From NCBI GenBank assembly GCA_017465845.1, contig JAFTVH010000139.1, positions 9,114-73,113 on the forward strand: a stretch of 64,000 nucleotides of DNA, given 5' to 3'. The notes under the pieces are model-generated. The model saw only the letters and a program-made list of their open reading frames with translations, was not told the origin of the DNA and made no database searches. The position numbers and the translations under genes were made by a program. This document shows positions 59,553-64,000 of the stretch, in pieces. Numbering within the stretch: position 1 is the stretch's first letter; each line of letters opens with the position of its first letter. The DNA is from Lachnospiraceae bacterium. GTDB lineage: Bacteria; Bacillota; Clostridia; Lachnospirales; Lachnospiraceae.

Positions 59553-62318
59553 ATGGATTTTAAAGAGGTTCCCCAAAAGTATAGACCCATTCCTTTTTGG
59601 AGTTGGAATGAAAAATTAGATGTAGACGAGACCAGAGAGCAGATTCAGAGAATGGATGAAGCTGGAATCGGCGGTTTTTTCATGCATGCCAGAGGCGGAC
59701 TGCAGACTCCTTACATGGGTGAGGAATGGTTTGAGAATGTGAAGGCTTCTGTAGAAGAGGCAGGAAAAAGGGGAATGCGTCCGTGGGCCTATGATGAAAA
59801 TGGCTGGCCCAGCGGGTTTGGCAGTGGTCTGGTGAACGGTCTGGGTGTAAAATATCAACAAAAATATCTGCGTATGGAGTCTGAACCGGTCCACGCAGAG
59901 ACGGCAATCTGTAAATGCGGTGAGCATTATTTTTATTATGACGTAAATCCTTCTTATGTGGATACGCTGGATAAAAAAGTGATTGCTAAGTTTATCGAGG
60001 TAGCTTATAAACCGTATTATGAGAGATTTGGTAATGCTGTGGAAGGGTTTTTCACAGATGAGCCGCAGATTTGCGTGAGGGGTATTCCTTGGAGTTTTGT
60101 GTTTCGAGATGAATATCAGGCAAGATACGGGGAAGATATTTATGAGCATTTGGAAGAATTGTTTCTGGCGGCAGGGGATTATAAAAACACTCGCGTAAAG
60201 TTCTGGAAAATGGTCACGGAGTTATTTTCAGAAGCGTATATGAAGCAAATTTACGATTGGTGCAGCGAACGGGGCATGAAACTGACCGGCCACCTGCTGA
60301 TGGAAGAAAATTTGTATTCCCAGCTATTTAGTAACGGAGCCTGTATGCCGCATTATGAATATATGGATATTCCGGGAATGGACTGGTTGGGGCGAAACAT
60401 CCGTGATAATCTCACAGCCAGACAAGTATCTTCAGCAGCGGAGCAGTTAGGGAAAGAGAGCGTGCTTTCTGAAACCTTTGCACTCTGTGGGCATAACGTT
60501 AGCTTTGCGGAGTTGAAGGGCATTTATGAGTGGCAGATGGTTCGCGGTATTAACTTGTTGTGTCAGCATTTGCAGGGGTATTCGATGCGGGGAATCCGAA
60601 AGAGAGATTATCCCCCGGCACTGTATGTACAGCAGCCGTGGTGGAAGGTGTATGGCAAGCTGGTAGAGGCACTGTCCAGAGAAGGTATGATTCTGGCAAA
60701 AGGGAAAAAGCAGGTGGAGGTACTGCTGCTTCATCCAGAGACTACCGCATGGTCGCTGTATGATGTCACCAATCCTGAGCCGATTCGGGAGTTACATAAG
60801 CGCTTTATTGCTGCAATCAAGGAGCTGGAAAGAAAGCATATCGTCTTCCATCTGGGAGATGAGATTCTGTTGGAACGTCACGGAAGAGTAGAGGACGGAA
60901 AGCTGGTTATTGGAGAACAGAAGTATTCCCAGGTGATTGATTCATGCTGTGATATTTTGCTGCCGTATACCAGGAAGCTGTTGCATGATTTTGTGCATGG
61001 AGGCGGGCAACTGGTCCGAGCGGAAGAATTGCCGGACAATCCGGTGGTAGATCATTCAGAGATTACGTATACGAAACGTGCCTTTGACGATTTCCAGGTA
61101 CACTACTTTGTGAACAGTTCAGCAGAGGAAAAGACAGCCACTTTTGGAGTGAGCGGAAAGGTAATTGATATATACAGTGGGGAGACGTCTGCGTTTGCGG
61201 GGCAGCATACCTTTGAACCGTGGGGCAGCTTGATGGTGATGGAAGAGAAGATGGATGCAGAGAAGCCGAAGAAAGTGTTAGCAAGTGGTGTGGTGCAAGC
61301 GACAGAACGAAAAGAAGCGGCGGCACGCGAGGTTTGTGCCGTGGCACCGGAAACAGTCATCCTTCCGGGTGAGAAGATGCGGCTGGCAGAAAAGGTTACC
61401 AACTGCTTGACTTTGGACTGCTGCGATTACTATTTTGACGGTGAGTTGCAGGAGCAAAACGGCTATGTGCTGAATATATGTGAAAGGGCAAATGCGTTGG
61501 GCAGGGGTGTGCAAATTCACCAGGACTATCATGTGGAAATTTGCCATGCGCCGGAAGAACTGTATCTGGTATGCGAGACGCCGGAGAAATTCCGAATTAC
61601 GGTCAACGGTAAAGTTTTAGACCGAAAGGCGGCAGGTTATTTTGCTGATAAGAGTTTTCAAAAAATAGATATTAAGGATTTGGTGCAGGTAGGTTTGAAT
61701 ACCATTTCTTTCGATTGTGACTTCCTGCAATCGGATGTTTTTTATGAGAACCTAAAAAAGGCTTATTTGTTTGCAAGCGAGCGAAACAAGTTGGTATACG
61801 ATTTGGAAATTGAGCCGATTTATCTGGTAGGGGATTTTCGTGTGAAGACAGAGGGCATCTGGACTGTGTTAGACAAAGATGCTGTGCGGTATCACGGTTC
61901 GTTCGCGCTGAATGCAGTACAGAAAGAAATCTGCACAAGCCATATGGAGAAACAGGGATATCCATTCTTTTGTGGTGAGATGGTGTTAGAGGGAGAACTG
62001 GATATCACAGGAGAAAATCCGGTGCTGCAGCTAAAACGGCGAGGTGTCACTGCTGTGAAGGTAGAAATTGGTGATAAAGAAAAATGGATGTTGACCAATG
62101 ACAAACTTTCTTTGAAAGAATTTGGTGTGACAGGGAAGGTGAATGCACGATTTACGCTGATGAATAATTTGAGAAATCTGCTGGGTCCGCATCATCTGGA
62201 AGAAGGAGAGTGCCTGCGTGTGAATCCGGGCAAGTTTTATAAGGAGGATTGTGTGTGGAATGAGAGTCAGGAGCAGGGCTGGAATGAGGATTATTGTTTT
62301 GTGGAGATGACATTATAA
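59553..62318 (+). CDS. GH106-like glycoside hydrolase (alpha-L-rhamnosidase-related)
   Basis: RPIPFWSWN, GIGGFFMHARGGL, YDENGWPSG, GFFTDEPQ, LTGH, PGMDWL, SETF and NLLGPHH. Confidence 0.82.
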   Translation: MDFKEVPQKYRPIPFWSWNEKLDVDETREQIQRMDEAGIGGFFMHARGGLQTPYMGEEWFENVKASVEEAGKRGMRPWAYDENGWPSGFGSGLVNGLGVKYQQKYLRMESEPVHAETAICKCGEHYFYYDVNPSYVDTLDKKVIAKFIEVAYKPYYERFGNAVEGFFTDEPQICVRGIPWSFVFRDEYQARYGEDIYEHLEELFLAAGDYKNTRVKFWKMVTELFSEAYMKQIYDWCSERGMKLTGHLLMEENLYSQLFSNGACMPHYEYMDIPGMDWLGRNIRDNLTARQVSSAAEQLGKESVLSETFALCGHNVSFAELKGIYEWQMVRGINLLCQHLQGYSMRGIRKRDYPPALYVQQPWWKVYGKLVEALSREGMILAKGKKQVEVLLLHPETTAWSLYDVTNPEPIRELHKRFIAAIKELERKHIVFHLGDEILLERHGRVEDGKLVIGEQKYSQVIDSCCDILLPYTRKLLHDFVHGGGQLVRAEELPDNPVVDHSEITYTKRAFDDFQVHYFVNSSAEEKTATFGVSGKVIDIYSGETSAFAGQHTFEPWGSLMVMEEKMDAEKPKKVLASGVVQATERKEAAAREVCAVAPETVILPGEKMRLAEKVTNCLTLDCCDYYFDGELQEQNGYVLNICERANALGRGVQIHQDYHVEICHAPEELYLVCETPEKFRITVNGKVLDRKAAGYFADKSFQKIDIKDLVQVGLNTISFDCDFLQSDVFYENLKKAYLFASERNKLVYDLEIEPIYLVGDFRVKTEGIWTVLDKDAVRYHGSFALNAVQKEICTSHMEKQGYPFFCGEMVLEGELDITGENPVLQLKRRGVTAVKVEIGDKEKWMLTNDKLSLKEFGVTGKVNARFTLMNNLRNLLGPHHLEEGECLRVNPGKFYKEDCVWNESQEQGWNEDYCFVEMTL

Positions 62319-62340
62319 TATTAAAAAGACGGTATGAGGT

Positions 62341-63324
62341 ATGATAAAAGTAAAAGAAAATAAAGGGTTGGTAGCAAGGGCATTGCAGGTTTCGTGGCCG
62401 GCTGTTTTGGAGTCTTTTTTTGTTGCATTGGTGTCGATGGTAGACTCCTTTATGGTAAGTGGACTGGGATCCTATGCGGTTGCAGCAGTTGGCTTGACTA
62501 CTCAGCCAAAATTTATTTGTCTGGCGTTTTTCACTGCGATAAATATGGCAGTTTCTGCATTGGTTGCCCGCAGAAAAGGGCAGGGAGATCGAGACAGTGC
62601 CAATCGTATTTTGTTTACAGCGATTATTTGCTGTGTAGTAGGTGTTGTGATCATCAGCGGTGTGGCAGTTGCGTTAGCTGGCCCAATTATTCATTTGGCA
62701 GGCAGTGAGCCGGAGACTCACGACAGTGCAGTGCTACGCTTCGGCTTCTTTATGTCAGCACTTTTGACTGCCAACCTGGGTACGGAAGTGTTGGCGGCAC
62801 ACCAGGTAGCTATGAACGCAATGAGTCTGAGCTTTTCTTTTGGGGATGGTCTGCAGGTAGCAACAGTGACATTAATCGGACAGAGTCTTGGGCAGGGGAA
62901 TAAGGCTCTTGCCAAAAAATACGGAAATATATGTCAGACACTAGGATTAGCAATTTCAGGATTGCTGGCGGTAGTGTTTTTGGTATTTGGACGCTGGTTC
63001 TTTGGCATTTTCTTTCCGAACGACCCTCAGATCGTAGAATTGGGCATTGTTATCGTGAAATTTATGATACTGATTGTACTTTTCCAGGTTTCTCAGGTTG
63101 TTTTTTCTGGAAGTTTGCGCGGAGCCGGGGATGTACGCTTTACAACCGTTACGTCTATAATTAGTGTTGCTATCATACGTCCAAGCGTGTCTTATATTGC
63201 AGCATATGCGCTGGGATTGGGAATTACCGGTATCTGGATCGGTATATTAGCAGATCTAAGTGTGAGATTAGTATTGAGTGCGGGCAGGTTTAAATCCGGC
63301 AGATGGATGAACAAAGAGATTTAA
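62341..63324 (+). pseudogene. MATE efflux protein with an in-frame internal deletion
   Basis: MATE N-terminus (WPAVLE...VDSFMVS.LG..AVAAVG) jumps at about 62733 (HDSAV|LRFGF) into the second repeat. It is 327 aa, against roughly 450 aa for typical MATE proteins. Confidence 0.72.
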
Positions 63325-63368
63325 AAGCGGTTGGAGGTGTTGACTTTTGCTACTATTTCATATAATAT

Positions 63369-63795
63369 CCCGTTTTCGACAGTTTGAAGAGTGATGAGAG
63401 GCGACAAACCGCGTAAAATCAAGGTTTGTCGCCTCTTTTGATATTTTGAAAATGTTGTATGGAATCTCTATTCCAAAATTCTTTTGATTTTTTTATTCAG
63501 TTCTTTCGGCTGATAGTATTTTTTATCCAGCCCAAGGTCAAACGCTGCATTTAGTGCTGTACACACTTGGGAACTGGTATAAGTTGACTTAAAACACATA
63601 TCTTCCAGATTATCAACTTCCATATTCCTTAGAGTTTCCACGATATTTTCCACGGTGAAGTGTGTTCCCTGCTGGTCAAGCTTCTTTTCCGGCAGTCTGT
63701 AGATCAGAAGTGCCGTGAAACAGATCATAAAATGTGCAATGATCCGTTCGCGTTTCTGGTGATAGACCGGTCTGGCTGAGAAATGTAACAATGAT
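63369..63795 (-). mobile_element. IS1634-family remnant (transposase C-terminus plus right end)
   Basis: FSARPVYHQKRERIIAHFMICFTALLIYRL; terminal CCCGTTTTCGACAGTTT at 63369; subterminal palindrome AGAGGCGACAAACC/GGTTTGTCGCCTCT. Confidence 0.82.
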
Positions 63796-64000
63796 GCAGT
63801 GGATACTGCTTCTTCCGAGTATCGATTGGCAGGAACGTATCGTCTTGTGAAATATGCCCGATTCTTGTTGGAACAATTCACACCGCTGCATGATGAATTG
63901 TGTTTCGAGGAAGGGCGATTGATGAAGGCTTATGCTGCAGGAGATGAGAGTGCAGGCAGAATTTTAAAGAATATGCATGGGAGAATGCGGAAATTGTATG

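Noticed and set aside
63792-64000. Open plus-strand frame (DAVDTASSEYRLAGTYRLVKYARF...) running off the window
   Set aside because: It lacks a start, is fused to the IS1634 remnant and is truncated by the window edge; no family could be recognised.

Overview
Chromosomal segment of a Clostridia-class firmicute; gene content and codon style suggest Lachnospiraceae (inference). It is dominated by carbohydrate catabolism. There are two Gram-positive polysaccharide-utilisation loci, each with a membrane-anchored AraC regulator and a carbohydrate ABC transporter. One carries GH16, a frameshifted GH36, GH3, an EEP phosphoesterase and a beta-propeller lipoprotein (14.1-28.3 kb). The other carries GH105, GH28, GH106-like, esterases and an unassigned TIM-barrel protein (44.8-62.3 kb). 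Also present are galK-galT, an amino-acid ABC operon ending in a URO-D-fold gene, two tRNA-Gly genes, a PatB-type C-S lyase and several envelope proteins. The most notable unannotated signals are: (1) a Met-specific T-box riboswitch driving a stand-alone MetRS anticodon-binding domain with no catalytic domain; (2) a complete candidate type I toxin-antitoxin locus (40-aa peptide plus convergent antisense RNA) missed by the ORF track; (3) a 140-bp MITE with an 8-bp TSD and a collapsed footprint of the same element; (4) a reconstructable 281-bp inversion and several deletion-built gene mosaics (IS3, relaxase, AraC, GDPD, GH2, hicA, MATE, IS1634). All family calls are from motif recognition by eye; no database searches were run.
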